Source: Microthyrium microscopicum
Lineage: Eukaryota
NCBI GenBank assembly: GCA_010405405.1
Contig: MU004234.1
Span: 2,391,697 to 2,455,696, forward strand
Direction of reading: 5' to 3'
Length of the DNA stretch: 64,000 bases
The translations under genes were made by a program, and so were the position numbers. Within the stretch, counting starts at the first letter, position 1, and each line of letters opens with the position of its first letter. Under the pieces are notes generated by a model that was given only the letters and a program-made list of their open reading frames with translations, was not told the DNA's origin and ran no database searches. Below, one piece after another: positions 1 to 16,589 of the stretch.

Positions 1-1560
1 TAATAAATAACAAATTTCTTATTATTAGGTAGCGTTAGATATATTTAAATTACTACCTACGCTATAGTAGTTAATTTAGTAAAGAAACTAGGTCCTTTAA
101 TAGGTAAAGTTCATTATAGCCTATAGGCTAGAATATTAATATTTTTACTTATTAATTAAGGCCTTCTTATGCAAGTAGTATATAATAGGTTATAAATATA
201 CTTACAATTATATAATATAAGTATTTTATACCCCTTTAGGATTAGTTTATCCTTAATGTAGAGTATATTAGCTAATCTACCCGTAAATTTCACTATTATC
301 TTATTAACTACAAGGTAGCTAGAAGGGATAATATATAATTTAAAGCGCTAAGAGATATTTAACGCTAGTGGTTCTAGTTTGTTAAAAACTAACTCTTATT
401 TATACTACGGATTCCTAGTAGTAGAAGTAGAATTTAATTCTCCTAGTAGTCTAGTATCTTATGTTTGAATATAGCTTAGGTAGAGATACTTCTTAATATA
501 CTAGAATTTATATTATAGCATAAAATACTATATAGTATAATATAAATTTATGCTATTAGAGCACTAAAGATCTAAAGCTCTAGTAATTAAGTAGGCCCCT
601 ATATAAATATAGATTCTAAAGAATATCTTAATATCGCCTAATGTAATTAGTATAAGAATAGCTTTATTAGGCTAAAGACTAAGCTAATAACGTATATATT
701 CCATAGTATTAAAAGTAATCTCTTCATAATCTTCTTACTAAATAAATAGGCTAAAGAATCATAAAGGCATATTAAAGCGTATTATTAGATTATTAACATT
801 AAGAGGAGAAACGTATTTTACTAAAGGCGTAATATTAATAGTTCTAGAACCTAATTTAATATAGAGTTCTTTAGGTTAAGAAGTAGTAGGGTTATAGAAG
901 TTAATAAGTAGTTAAATAGATAATTTAGTATAATTTAGTAGTAGTATTAGCTTAAATTTAAATCTATTATAACCCTAAATAGTTATTTTAGTGCCTTTAA
1001 GTTGTACGTTAATTACTTCTCTACCTCTAGGAAGTATTTACCTACTATCTAGCAGTAGCAGGATATAAAAATCTTCTCTCTTAGTATCTATATCTAAATC
1101 TTCTTCTTTGCTATCTAAAACTATATTCTCTATATTTAGCTCGTTAAGACTATTTAATTCTACTCCTTAAATCTTATATTTAGTATCTAATAGTAATTCT
1201 AGCTTAAGATCTTATAGTAGGTTATCTATAGTAGTAAGGAAGTAGTAGGGTAAAGGATAATTAATTATAGAATAAGAGAGGGCTATAAATAGGTAGTGGA
1301 CTCTAAAAAATATTAAAGTTTCGTTACTAAAGTACTAAATAACTAATTTAATACTAAAACTTAAGATAATTTGTGTACTAACTAAACTAAATATAGCGCA
1401 TCTAATAATCCTATTTTTAGTAGGGGGAACGCCTTAGGGGTTAAGAACGCTTAGTTAATCAGCAAAATATTAAGGTTTATAATTTTCTTGCGACCCATAA
1501 TATTAGGCCTAAAAGGGTAAGGGTCCCGTACGCTAATGCGAGGTCCTATTACAGCTTCAG
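1..1560. repeat. AT-rich RIP-degraded block, probably a repeat/transposon relic; runs off the window start
   Basis: Very high AT with a strong TpA excess and scarce CpA/TpG, while CpG persists. Stops occur in all frames. Composition returns gradually to balanced GC at about 1450-1600. The element family cannot be recognised. Confidence 0.8.
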
Positions 1561-1982
1561 ATGTTAAGGGATAGCTGTGGGGTACAGGGTTGCGCTGTTC
1601 CGTGCCTTCTCGTTGGGCCAAATGATCGCCGGCTATCAATTCAGCAAGCTCTTTGAGCTAGTCTAGACTTTCTCTAGACAGCCTCGTATCGACAGGCCGT
1701 TCAAGCCAGCTCATGGCGTCCATACACTGATACAGTACTGTGCCCCGAGAAAGCCGCTTCGTATATGCAAGCTACAATGGCGCAGGAGCTTGCTTAAGTC
1801 AAAAGTTGCCGTCCGAGGCTCTGTGATGGAAGAACGCGAGGAGAAACATAAATAGTTCCTGTTCTCTCCCTGTTATTCGATTCATCATCTGAATATCACT
1901 CTCGTTTACACCTATTCGACATTCAACTGACACGACTCTTTCCTTTCGAAGAACCTAGTCACATACTCAACCTACCTTAGAC

Positions 1983-2546
1983 ATGTATTTCTCAAACGCT
2001 ATCACCATCGCTGCTTCAGCATTGGCTCTCTGCGGAACTGTCGCTGCCTCACCAGCACCCGCTGTTGGACCTCAAGCAAGAGCCGCCGCCAAATCATTCT
2101 GCCCCAACAAGGAAGATGATGTTGACACTGGACGTCGCCTCAATCTCTTCAAGCAATTCAACACTCTCCTCTTCTCTGGATCCCAAACCCCCGCCAACGT
2201 CGCCGCCGCCTTTGCCCAGTATGTCTCACCAAACCTTATCGAGCACACTGCTTCAGCCAACAGCTACGGCGCTGATGTCGGCTTCTTGACCGCTCTCTTC
2301 CCCACCGTCGACATCACCATCATCCCCGGTCTCCAGGACTGCTTCCCAACCAACGAGAACACCAACAAGGGCATCTGTGCGATCCACTACAAGGCCACAC
2401 CCAAGCCAGGTGTACAATCATTCATCACCAACACTACCGTCATCTCAGACTTCTACAAGTATGACGGTGTCTGCATCACTGAGCACTGGGATTCTACCCA
2501 GACTGCCAATGCTGCTACCACCAACCCAGGATTCCCAGGAGCTTAA
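1983..2546 (+). CDS. Small secreted SnoaL/NTF2-like protein, candidate effector
   Basis: 187-aa intronless ORF with strong codon bias and signal peptide MYFSNAITIAASALALCGTVAA. Motifs AAAFAQYVSPNLIEH and DFYKYDGVCITEHWD are typical of SnoaL-like folds. The mature part has 4 Cys, and a TATA-like cataaata lies about 135 nt upstream. Confidence 0.8.
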   Translation: MYFSNAITIAASALALCGTVAASPAPAVGPQARAAAKSFCPNKEDDVDTGRRLNLFKQFNTLLFSGSQTPANVAAAFAQYVSPNLIEHTASANSYGADVGFLTALFPTVDITIIPGLQDCFPTNENTNKGICAIHYKATPKPGVQSFITNTTVISDFYKYDGVCITEHWDSTQTANAATTNPGFPGA

Positions 2547-5500
2547 AACAATATACCCCAGGTATTCATTGGCGCATTTGGTGTTTTCGGTGTTCAAAAT
2601 GGCACAGCCATGTACTACATGATAATGTATTCTAATAAACGATATTTTTACCTACAACCATGTCTTGTAAGATCGTGAAATCATGACTTTTGCTCTACCG
2701 TCTGAAAAGTGCGAGGTTAGAAGCTCTAGACCCAATTTTGAACTAGTTAGAGTCGATATTTATAACCTGCAGCACGGGATGTTAGGCTGGAAATATGTAT
2801 GCAGCATGCGAGCATTAATGCACAGCCTCAAGGATCATGGAATTTTGACCACCCGTTTTTCAATAATGCCATTTTTCCATGCTTAGTTGCAGGTAGAAAT
2901 TCTCATTGGCTTCATTGATTGTCGTGCGAAAGAAGGTTCAAAATTTGCTTTTGAATGAGCCCAGATGTCTTCAACAGTGGCCGTTATTGCACAATCGTCT
3001 ACCGTAGACACCTGCATGTCTGTGTTCGGTACAAAAGAGTTATTGATCCAATAAGAGCGTTAACAGTAGCTTAAGTCTTGAACTTTGGCAGACTACTTTG
3101 GGTGTTTAGGACCAATCAATATGAATTCATGATTATGCAGCTTTGGCTTGAATGACAGCGTATAGAACCTCCAATGAGTATATCTAAGCCAAGCCAATAA
3201 GTAAGCCGATTAGCTCATCTATATGACAGAATGTATGTCCTTCTTTCCCCCAGATACCATTCGTAGGTAGAGATAATATAGTAGACTCATCCAAGGCAGA
3301 TGAGATATGGACATTATTTGCAAATTTGCATTATGCGTCGTTCACTACAATGAAAGACAAAGCATTTGTGACATGGCAGGCTGCGATCTCGTCAAATCAC
3401 TTCCAAGTGTTTTGATATTCAATGATTATACACGATAACGAACATACTCCCGTGCAGTACGTGGTCCCTGAGGTGAGCAGTCTACTGCCTTCAGTGACAA
3501 CTTACAAGCGCTTCATTCCCTATTGGATACGCATAATCGTCGAATCCGCAACAAATGCACGTTCACAAGAAACACACATTCATCAGGATGAGCTTTCTCT
3601 TCTGGACCTCAAGTGGAAAGTTTCTCTAGCTGTCTGCGGTTAAGAAGGCCATATTGTGACACATGTGGGTCTAGACTTGGACTACTATGATTATATCGTT
3701 CACAGGAATTATAGCTAAGACCAGTTTCTAAACACACGCGCATACCGGTATGTCTTCAGTGATATGATCATCTAAAATAACTCACTCTCGCAATCTTCGA
3801 GACACGTTCTATTCTATCGGTAAATGTCATCACACTGACTGATCTACAACAGAGAAATTCTCGAGCTCAAAGTCTGGTAGGACATTATTCTCATGAATGA
3901 TTCTAACATATGGCAAGGACGCTCAATCACACAGTTCTTCTGCAATCGTTTGAGTTTAACAATCAAGTATAAAGAATAGGTTACGATGATTAAGATCAAA
4001 TCTGTTTATGTATAGACTTAACATACCTGAAAACCTACAGATCAGTCCTAATATCAGTTTCCCCATTCAGTTCATATTAAATGCTTTTGGCAGTGAACAA
4101 CGAATGAGAGAACATAAAAAGTTCATTTAGAAATCGATAAGTACTTCCAAATCCGATACCTGGATATCCGAACGTGCCGTCAAAGAATCTAGACTAAATC
4201 ACTGTTGAGACCAGAAGCATAGGAATATCTAAAGCAAGAAATGGAGTCTGTAAAAGCTACCAAGAGGAAAGTTTCAACCACCACTAATTACAGAGCATGG
4301 GATCTCGGAAGCAACCCGATGGGGCCGCTGAGCAATTCACCTACCATTTCAGGCTTAGCCTTCCAAATGTGCACCATGAATGCTTCAACATTGATATTGA
4401 CCAAAATCCCGAATTTTCTCTTGGTGGATCAGAGTGCAAGTTCAATTGCTCGAACGAAACGAGGGATAAATGTTCCTCAGAATGTCCGAAATTTTGCAGA
4501 GGCAATCACTCATCCTTTATGGCTGCTTTTACTGTTTGGCGATCGACAGAACCTTGAAGCCACGCATTGGCTCCCCACGTGGCAATCAACACGCCAACTG
4601 TTTCTAGCTGCTTTTTAATCTAACTTGGCTTATTGTTGCAGAGTATTTCGCAGTCGATAGCCAACTTAAGTATATTTGATTACATCCAGGGACCATATAC
4701 ATTCAAGGATATGCTGGAAACTCAATCGTAAATATCCAGCCTTTTCCTGCAATTGCACTGTCAGTGTCCCAAAGTGTCATGCTCATCATCTCCACTTGGA
4801 CTTGAAACCCCAGTCCAGCACGGAGACACCGTTAGGTACTACTGACAGCAACTGACAGCAAATGAAAGCCAACACAACGTGCAACTTGTGGCCTATCCGC
4901 TGCCTCGGGCTGTTGAAGCGGCTGCGCCTCTTGTGCGGCATGGCATCGCGTTTGATGCCGTTAAAACTTCAGGCATTTGGAGCCTTTCAAAGGTTTCTAA
5001 TCAGCACTTCCGTGCCTGGTGTACGCTCAGCAGACTTTGACAAGGAAGACCGGTACGTACATTGTATTTAGATCATTAAAAACACTGGCATTTGCAAGAT
5101 GCAACTTGACCTGGGTAGCTAGGCCATTGCATTGATGATTACATGGGCTCTTGCATGTCCCAATCCTACCCGAGCCTTGAGATTTGGCTATGATATATTG
5201 CATTTGAAGGCCGCAACTAGAGAGATTTCTCGCTATGCACTACTAAGCGTGCCTTGGTGATATTGCGAAGAGTGATTTTCTTTGCATCTTGCGCAAGGAG
5301 CACACGGTGTCTCGCAGTGCTTTTGGACAGAAAACCTGCCTTACCTGCTCCATCTTCCAGCCCACTCTGAAAACAACCACCACTGTCCTCTGCCCCTCCA
5401 GAGTACAGTGAGAAACCCATCAAATCCACTGACCCACAACTCCGACTGACTGCACCGACTAGCGATCCAGACTGCAATATTTGGCCAAAATAGGCCAAGT

Positions 5501-6096
5501 CTTCTGCAGGCCTGACCATCATTGCACAACAAGCTGTGCCAAAGCTGTGTCGTCAAACTAGAGACCTTGTCTGTTGTCAGTTGGCTCCCAAAAGCGGTCT
5601 TGTCGACCAATCTCCTCCAACGTCTCTTCATCTTGATCCTGTCGTCAACACCAGCAACATTCAGCACCTGTTCCAAACCTCAACCACCTACAACCTTTTC
5701 GTGTTCTCTCTCCTCTCTCTGTCGGCTTATCGATTGGTTGCAGTGGGTCCATCGTGCCTGCCCGTTATCTGGCCCTGCCCGCTGGGTCGCAGCTTCCTTC
5801 CCATTCTCCGCCAACTTCCCTTCCCAGAAACGCAGGCGCCGAGGATCGAGCCTGCCACTTTGGAAAATCCTCTCAACCACAATACCACAACAAGAAAATA
5901 AAATACAAGACATCGTCCTTCACCTCCCCGCCTTCACCTCCTTGACGCCTACTCCAACACGTATTACGACCATACGTCCTTTTCCGAATCTCATACATCC
6001 GACCTCCGACCACACCCAGACCCTTCAGCTGCGTACAGCCCCATCGTTCCTTGACCGCGAACCCCGCGTCGCCATCCGCCAGCTGTCAACGCAATC

Positions 6097-8471
<2,375 letters not shown>

Positions 8472-9914
8472 TTTGAGGTCACACCGCGAATACGAAATCC
8501 AATCAACGATAAATATGCACCACATCCCGAGCCCGCCGCTCAACCACAATTGCCGGAAGTGCAAGTCCAAGCAGAAGCAGAAGAACAGGAAGAATACGAT
8601 GGAGACAACGACGACGAAGAGACGGCACTTTTGCGTGGTCCACTTCGCATCATCAATGCCTCACCAGCGTCAAGCCTCGAGCAGTTCAAAACCACCACGA
8701 TCAAGGAAGCGACTGGCGCCACTGAAGAATGGTCGTTTACAGACGAGGATGGAGTCGATTTCTTTGGTTAAGAAAATAACTGCCTCTTGCTTCGTTTGCT
8801 GCCGCGAGTTGCACGACGAAGACTATAGAAAGGCCTGATCAACGTATTTGATGTACAATAGAATTGATCATGGCCATTGTTTCAATATTTGGGAGCTGGG
8901 GGATCTCAGAGGGAAGTGCTCAGCTCGGAGCCGTCAAGAGTTCAACGGATGAAGGTAATAATGTGTAGGGGATACGGATGTGTAAAGAGGAACAACGTGG
9001 AGGGTGAAGTTCAAGCGAACAGCTTGGGTAATATCAAAGGGGTCTTTTTTCTGTAAAAGTAGTTGGAATGCCACACCCCATACCAAGCGCCATATTGTCT
9101 AGCTGTATTTACATGATATATTGTAAACCGAGCCATGTAAGGTAAACAAAAGGGGATAATATGGCTGTCTCGTCACGTTCAGACACATCTAATATTTGGT
9201 AGGTATACAAGCAACGGGCAATTAGATATAGGCCTACCCTCAAGGAATGCGCCTTCTACTATCATTTTTGTTAGCGAGCGTACACTTGCTCGCCATCGCA
9301 GCCGAGATTTACTAAATCTCTCAAGCGCTCGATGGAGCCAGCGAAGCTGATGAACAGAGCACGCATTTCAGGAGCCACCACATAATCACAAGAACTGCTG
9401 CATCACAGAGGCTGATGAAGATGTATGGGTGACGTAACTCAGCCCTCAAAATAGACCTTGACGAGGAACACAGCGTCCGTGTGTAAAGGTAAAGCCTGGC
9501 AAGCCTGGTCTGGATATCTGCAATTTGAGCTGCCTGATTGGGTTTGAACCCTCAATCACATGAATCAGTGAGCTCAGAGAGGTTTGGCCAGGTTGAGCGC
9601 TATCGATGATGAATAGCAGAGAGAGTGAAGGCGGAATTTGAAGATTAAGCAAATATACATGTTGCTGTTCGATGATGAAGGATTGGAAAGGCAGAAAGCT
9701 ACAACTGCATCTTCAAAGTCTTGGTACAAGGAGGTGGCCCCTGCACATCAGATGCTCTTACAAGTTACGCCTCCACATCCAACATCACCACCAGTAGTCC
9801 ACCACCATTCAAGGCACATCACTTTCTCCCCACCGCCAACACTATTTACCAGCTACTTTACTATCCTGATCCTGCCTGGTTTATTCTCCTACTCTTCAAC
9901 AACTGCTGGCCATC

Positions 9915-12341
9915 ATGTTCCGCGCACAGCAAAATGCCTTTGACGACCTCGTCGGTACGTTTACAGCTTACAAGCTCTCATGACCTAGGGCGGCCTCAGT
10001 CCACCACTGCCCGTTCCCAAGGCCTGCTTTCTCAAAGCCAGAAACTGATGGTGTCTCTTGACGTTGTTACTAACTGTCTGTAGGCAAGGCGACCGACGAG
10101 AATCTCACCAGCGAGAACTGGGAATACATCATGGTACGTCGCATCATTTCCTGCCGCCTAGTCCACCTTATTCCTCTCTCCATAATCTCTACCAACCCGA
10201 CGAGCTCCCATAACTAACGACTGTCGACTCATAGAACGTCTGCGACAAAGTAGGCGAGAGTGATGCAGGTCCTAAAGATGTCGTCGCCGCAGTCATCAAA
10301 CGCCTCGGTCACCGCAATGCGAACGTTCAGTTATACACCCTCGAGCTCGCCAATGCCCTATCTCAGAACTGCGACATCAAAGTACATCGTGAACTAGCTT
10401 CGAAAAGCTTCACTGAAGCTCTTCTACGCCTAGCCAACGAGCGAAACACACATCAAAAAGTCAAGACCAAGATCTTGGAACGTATGACGGATTGGGCAGA
10501 AATGTTCTCTAGTAACCCAGAACTTGGAATTATGGAGCAAGCATACATGCGCTTGAAAGCTCAAAGTAAGCTGAAATTGAAAATGGCTATGCGCTATACT
10601 AATCATGGCAGATCCTCATCTACACCCTCCTTCACAACCACCGAAGACAATGATTACACAAGCAGATAAACAGCGGGAAGATGATGAGCTTCAGATGGCA
10701 CTTGCTCTCTCGATAAAAGAAAAGGAACGGCCGAATCCATCTCACGGAAAAGCTCCTGCCGCTCAGAATAATACATCGCAGCCAGCGGAAAGCACGATCC
10801 CACAACCTGTCGCCGTACCATCTGGGACAACCGCTGCTACCGTTTCTCGTGTGCGAGCCCTCTATGATTTCAACCCAACCGAACAAGGCGAACTTCAATT
10901 CCGCAAGGGCGATATTATTGCAGTTTTGGAGTCGGTATACAAAGACTGGTGGAAAGGCTCACTTCGAGGTCAAACTGGAATTTTCCCATTAAATTATGTC
11001 GAGAAGCTGCAAGATCCCACACCAGACGAGCTAGAGCGAGAGGCACATATGGAGGCTGAAGTTTTTGCCGAGATCAAGAATGTAGAAAAGCTTCTTGCTC
11101 TGCTGAGCACCAGCGCAGAGAGTGGACGAGGAGACGTCCGGGATAATGAAGAAATAACCGTAAGTGCTTCGTTCGACTTGCTGGCTTTTACTTACAGAAC
11201 AGAAGACACTCTATCACTCAACACTGGCGATTCGCCCGAAGCTTATTGAGCTCATTGGCAAATACTCACAAAAGAAAGGTATGTTTCTTTCGAGATTTTT
11301 ATGAAATCATACTGACGATATAAAGATGATTTTACGCAACTGAACGAGAAGTTCATCAAAGCGCGACGAGACTATGAAGGCCTACTCGAAGCATCAATGT
11401 CACAGCCAAGTCGCCAATATGGCAGACCTCCTTATCAAGCTCCTTACAGCCAGCAACAAGATCCATACGCTGGTGGGTATGCAAATCAAGCGCCGCCAGC
11501 CCAACAACAGCAACAACAGCCATACTATCCTGCTGGGCCCTCAGAATCACAGTATCCTCAAGCCAATGGTCCTCAACCATTTTACTTTGTCCCTCCTTCA
11601 CAGCAAAACCAAAGCACCCAACAGCTCGCTACACATCACGAAAACAATAGCGCTGAGGATCTGTACTCCGCTCCAAGTAGACCGAACGTGAATGCACGGC
11701 CACAAAGCATGGCGTTTGATCCAAGAATAGCTGGTGCTCCAGGTGCCCAACCCCAAGAACTTGCCACCGGCTCATTTGACAGTCCTGTTGACGGTCGAAC
11801 AGGTTATCCGCTACCTGGCCAACATGCTCCTCCTCAACAACCCCAGCAACAACCACCGCCCGCTCCGCAAACACAGGCTCCGTCTGCACCACCAGGTCAA
11901 GCGCCTCCTGGCTATGAACAACAGTACTCCAATGCTCCTCCAAGCTCCAATCAACGCCCCGCCTCTCCCTACGCTGCTCAAGCTCAACAAAAGCCCGTCA
12001 ACGCAATCTACTCTCTCCCGTCGCAATCGCAGGCTCGCATTCCCAACCAACAACCGTCAGATCCATATTCGTATGCCGCCCAGCAACGTCCTCCGACTGC
12101 TGGTAGTGTGCCCCCTTCATCCACGTCACCAGTTCAACAACATCAGCCTGGCTACCCCCAGCAAGGCGGACCTGCTCAATCACAACCTCCACCTCAAGGA
12201 AACGGCTATCCGCCCCAAGGAGCACCACCTGGCGGCGTACCAGCAGGATATCCTCCGCAAGCTGGGTATCCTGGATATCAGTCCTATCAACAACCAGGGC
12301 GGCCGCGAGAAGCGGAGTGGACTGGGGCAGCTGCGCCATAG
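9915..12341 (+). CDS. HSE1: ESCRT-0 subunit Hse1/STAM (VHS-UIM-SH3-GAT, Pro/Gln-rich tail)
   Basis: Spliced N-terminus MFRAQQNAFDDLV-GKATDENLTSENWEYIM (VHS), UIM EDDELQMALALS, SH3 VRALYDF...WWKG...GIFPLNYV, GAT region AIRPKLIELIGKYSQKK. Five GT-AG introns are recognisable. Confidence 0.92.
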
Positions 12342-12790
12342 GGAGGCGTGTGATAGCTCGAAATGGATCATTTGTACATAATGAATGGATGGATGGAACC
12401 AAGTGATTGTGCTTTTACCACTGTCTTCTCTTTTGCTTTTGGTGCAAAAATTGTTAGCGTGGCGCGGGCTGGGTGAATAATTAAGAATGATGATCTTCAC
12501 AATCTAGGCTTTTGTCGCTTGCAGTCTTCCTCCATGATGTTTTTTGTGTTGGTGATATAATTAAACCAGTCGATTATGCCTGCCTTTCCCTATCCTATAT
12601 AAATTGACGTATAACTGAAATCTACAGGATATCCACGTCCCAAACTGATCTCTCGCCCTCTCTTGGCCATCACCTTCCTTGCCACCCACAGTATGCCGTG
12701 ACTCTGCATCCAGTCCCAACTTTTCCTAGAGTAGTGTCCAATATTCACCCCATCCTCACACTTTCTTATCCGTCTTAACTTGATAGAGCT

Positions 12791-13324
12791 CTACTGTTTC
12801 GCCTGCTGACTCTGCAAATACGTGTATCCAGCATACGCAGCCGCGCCACCAATCAAGATAACGGCATAAAGACCAATACCAAAGCTCGTAGCATCGCCAC
12901 TCGAAGAGGAGGAAGAAGTGTTTGGTGCCTGGACTTTAGGAACTGGATCGCCGGGCTATTAACATTTTCGGTGATTAGCATGTGATCTTCATCTCTAGCC
13001 AAGCAGAAGGAAGGGGTGTATTTACGCTGCGCTTTAGTTGTCCGACTAGCAAGCCTTCGAGGATTTCGCGCGCTTCGTCGCTGTGGCCGACGTCTTCAAA
13101 GGCTTCGGTGGCGTCTTGGCCGGCTACGTCGAGGAGGACTTCTTCGCCGCCGCTGAGTGGATTTGTTAGTGATATGGATGATGGTATGGGGAAAAGGGGG
13201 GAGCGTACGGATGTTCATCGACGAAGGGGGTGGCGTTGTAGACGACGTCGTGGATTACCATGTACAGGTCTTTCTTTGTCGCGTGGGCCGAGACGTCGGC
13301 GTAGGTGAGTTCTTTTTCGGCCAT
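12791..13324 (-). CDS. CYB5: Cytochrome b5, 3 exons; not in the ORF track
   Basis: The minus strand reads [14 protein letters not shown]...[37 protein letters not shown], containing the HPGG heme motif, and ends with tail anchor [22 protein letters not shown]. Confidence 0.93.
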
Positions 13325-14471
13325 GGTTCTTGTTGGAGCGATTGTGGATTGTGGATGACTAGGGGCGCGCTGAGCAGGAGATGTGGATGGTGAGGAGGAA
13401 GGGAGGGAGGAGTTGATTCAGGTGATGAGTTGTTGGATAGGGTTGTACAAGGTGGAGAGAGATAGAGATGGTTTGCTGGTGGTTGAATGGGAAAAGATTA
13501 AATGGTTGAGTTGCGGAACGGGAGACTTTCTTCAATCTGGCTGGTTTGATTGGCTGATGGCGGCTTTGCTTCCGTCGCGCGTAGGGTATTTTTATGGGAA
13601 GAGCCTCTAGACTTTTTGGACCCTTCAATCAACGACTTTTAGGCTGCAGGACGGATCTCGGAATCGGGAGTTCTTTTATCTGTTCATCGCCTATTTCTTG
13701 TTTGATAGCTCTTTGATAGCTTTTTGGAGTCGGAACGGATGCTGGAGGGATATCATTTCCCTGTCAGATGAACTGACCGCTAAACCTCACTCCCGTTCTA
13801 TCCGTCTCCTAAGATACTTTGCCTTTTGGGGGTCGCCATAACTCTTTTCGACTGTCATTTTTATTGTCTACTTCGAGTTTGTATGAAGCTACAATGTCTA
13901 AGAGCTAGCGGAGCAGTATGCGCCTACTCTTGACCTTCTGTCAAGACAAGCTGCCGTCAAATTCCCGCATTTCGCACAACCAAATTAGGAGAGGCGAGAA
14001 ATCTTGATGCTTGTGCTGGAAAGTTGAGTGAGCTACTTATGTGAAGCTGATAGGAGACATTTTTGATATCAAGCATAGCAGATGTCAGGGTCTGGTAACG
14101 CTGCTACAGTGCTACTAGTGCTCAAAATCATAACATTGTGAAGTCGTTCATTCTTTTATAGGCATTTCAGGGGCATTCATAGACGCTCAATATCGAAAAC
14201 AATTCACTTGAGTGCTACGTTACAAATCGACCTTGATCATGGGAAGTTGCGTATGGATGCCCGAAGGAAGTTTGTTCACCTCACCCGCTTCGTTCTCGTT
14301 GGCCCTCAAACTACCTCCCATCCACCCATTTCCGCTCCCAAAGATTCTATACACCTGCACATCATCGCATTGTGCCAAACAACCTGTTGACTCAATCAAA
14401 TACTTCCCACATCTGCAAGAGCTAGGATCAAACGCCGCAAGGCGCGGATTTGCCTCATCGAAGAAGAGACC

Positions 14472-16050
14472 ATGGCATCCGCTGGGCGCCGCCCAAGGCT
14501 CACGATTCTGAGCACAAATCAGCGGCTGGCATTTCAAACACCCGTGAAAAAGATCAATGATGGAAATGATGTACAATTCTGGCTTCAAAGCAAAGCCTAC
14601 TCGGAGGTCATGACGTTCCTCCTCCAACTCAACATCGCCATGTTCCCCGTTGAGGGTCCACCCTCGTCAACAACATCTCCAATTTTCTCAGAAACAATAA
14701 CAAAATTACAAAACCTCATATCCAAGCTCTCCGATTATATTGATGAAGCGCCGCCGGATCCCGGACCGCGAAGATTTGGCAACATCAGCTTTCGAAGATG
14801 GTACGAGATTGTCGAGCTTAGAATCAACAATTTACTTCTAGAAAGTTTACCCAAAACTGTGGTATCATCTCATAGTGCTGCCGATGCACATTCTAGTGCC
14901 CTTAACGAGCTGGAAATGTACCTCATGGGAAGCTTTGGAAGCCCACAACGACTGGACTATGGCACTGGGCATGAGCTTAGTTTCCTTGCCTTTCTTGCCG
15001 GCATTTGGAAGCTTGAAGGCTTTGCCTTCGCCGAAGAATCACACACAGAAGGAGATATAGAACGACAAATCGTTGTAGGACTGATAATACCGTACGTTCA
15101 AGATTCATGTCTAGGTAAGACTTACTGACGAGGTTCAAGATATCTAAGCCTGGTCAGAAGGCTTATTGGTATCTACAACCTAGAACCAGCCGGTTCACAT
15201 GGAGTTTGGGGCCTGGATGATCACGCTTTTCTACCATATATATTCGGTTCTGCTCAGCTTTCACCTTCGATACCGATAAATGCTGTCGCCGTTCCGCAAG
15301 AAGGATCCGCACCTGGGGCTCCGAATCCTGCGGAAGTTGCGAAGAAAAAGTCTGTTGATGGGTGGAGAGGGCGAAACATGTATTTCGATGCCATCGGATT
15401 CATCTACGATGTCAAAACGGGTCCTTTCTGGGAGCATAGCCCAATGTTGTATGACATCTCTGGTGTGCCAGCTGGCTGGGCAAAAATAAACAAGGTAATC
15501 GCCCCCAACTCTTGTGCATAAACTATACTAAGTGCAACATAAGGGCATGCTGAAGATGTACCACGCCGAAGTCCTCTCAAAGTTCCCGGTGGTTCAACAT
15601 TTTCCATTTGGCGCGCTCTTCCCATGGGAACAAGATACAAATGCTGCCACACAAGCAAAGTCTATCCATGCAGACAGCCAACCTCAATCAAAACCTTCGA
15701 CGCCTTCCACGGGTCCTTCCATGGTGTCAGGTCCTCAGGCTGGTATGCAAGCGCCATGGGCTACTTCAAGGACGGGAAATAGTTCCTTGTCGTCTAGTGG
15801 TATATCGACGCCGACGGCTACTGCTCGAATGGCTCCTCCGCAGACTGGAGCTCCATGGACACGTCAAGCTCAGGCTGTACCAGTTACGTCTACTCGCATG
15901 CCGTCAAGAATGTCCCCTGCAACGGGTGCTCCTTGGGCTACTGGAAGTCAAGCTCGAGTGGATGGACAGGCACAGTCAGTCGTTGATACAGGACAGAGCC
16001 TGGAGTCTGTCTTACCAAAGAGTGCGTATGGCAAGCCAGACAAGAATTAG
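14472..16050 (+). CDS. RRD1: PP2A activator PTPA (Rrd1-like), 3 exons
   Basis: Motifs [60 protein letters not shown] and [19 protein letters not shown]. Introns at about 15092-15139 and 15495-15543. Confidence 0.9.
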
Positions 16051-16589
16051 ACTCGACTAGTTCTGGTATCCTAGCAATATGAGCTCTTCGGATCAATGTT
16101 CAAGTATCTCACTAGTGCTAGAGGTGTTCTATCAATCGAGCTATACTGTACGCCAATGAGCCTTCCGTCCAGCTCCTCCAGTTAGCATGTGTCTGATTCG
16201 TTTTTGGATTTTTCAGGTAATCTATCATGAAGAGCCAAGTTATGTGTTGTGGCCACCCGAAACATATCTTGTTCCAATGCTTCGAAATTTCTCACTGCCT
16301 GATTGGCTGTCTGTTTTCAATGGAGACGACTGGAAAGATTACATTCTGCAGCCGGAGTAAGTTGATGTCTTCTAGTTTAGTCCACTAAAAATGCCTGAAG
16401 GCTAGGTTACCTCATCACATAGCGAATATCCGAGTAAAGGTAACTTGTTTGCTATTCACATGACCCTTGTGATACCTCTTGAGCACAATGATTATGACCC
16501 TTCAAATAGGTTACGAGTCATGTTTGGCTCTTTGCCCCGTCGTCTTTCCGATAAAGTCACTCAATTTCGTCCTATGAAGTTAGTTCGAA

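Noticed and set aside
12590..12790. About 66 open codons after the cytochrome b5 TAG
   Set aside because: The composition is not protein-like and would bury the tail anchor; compatible with chance.
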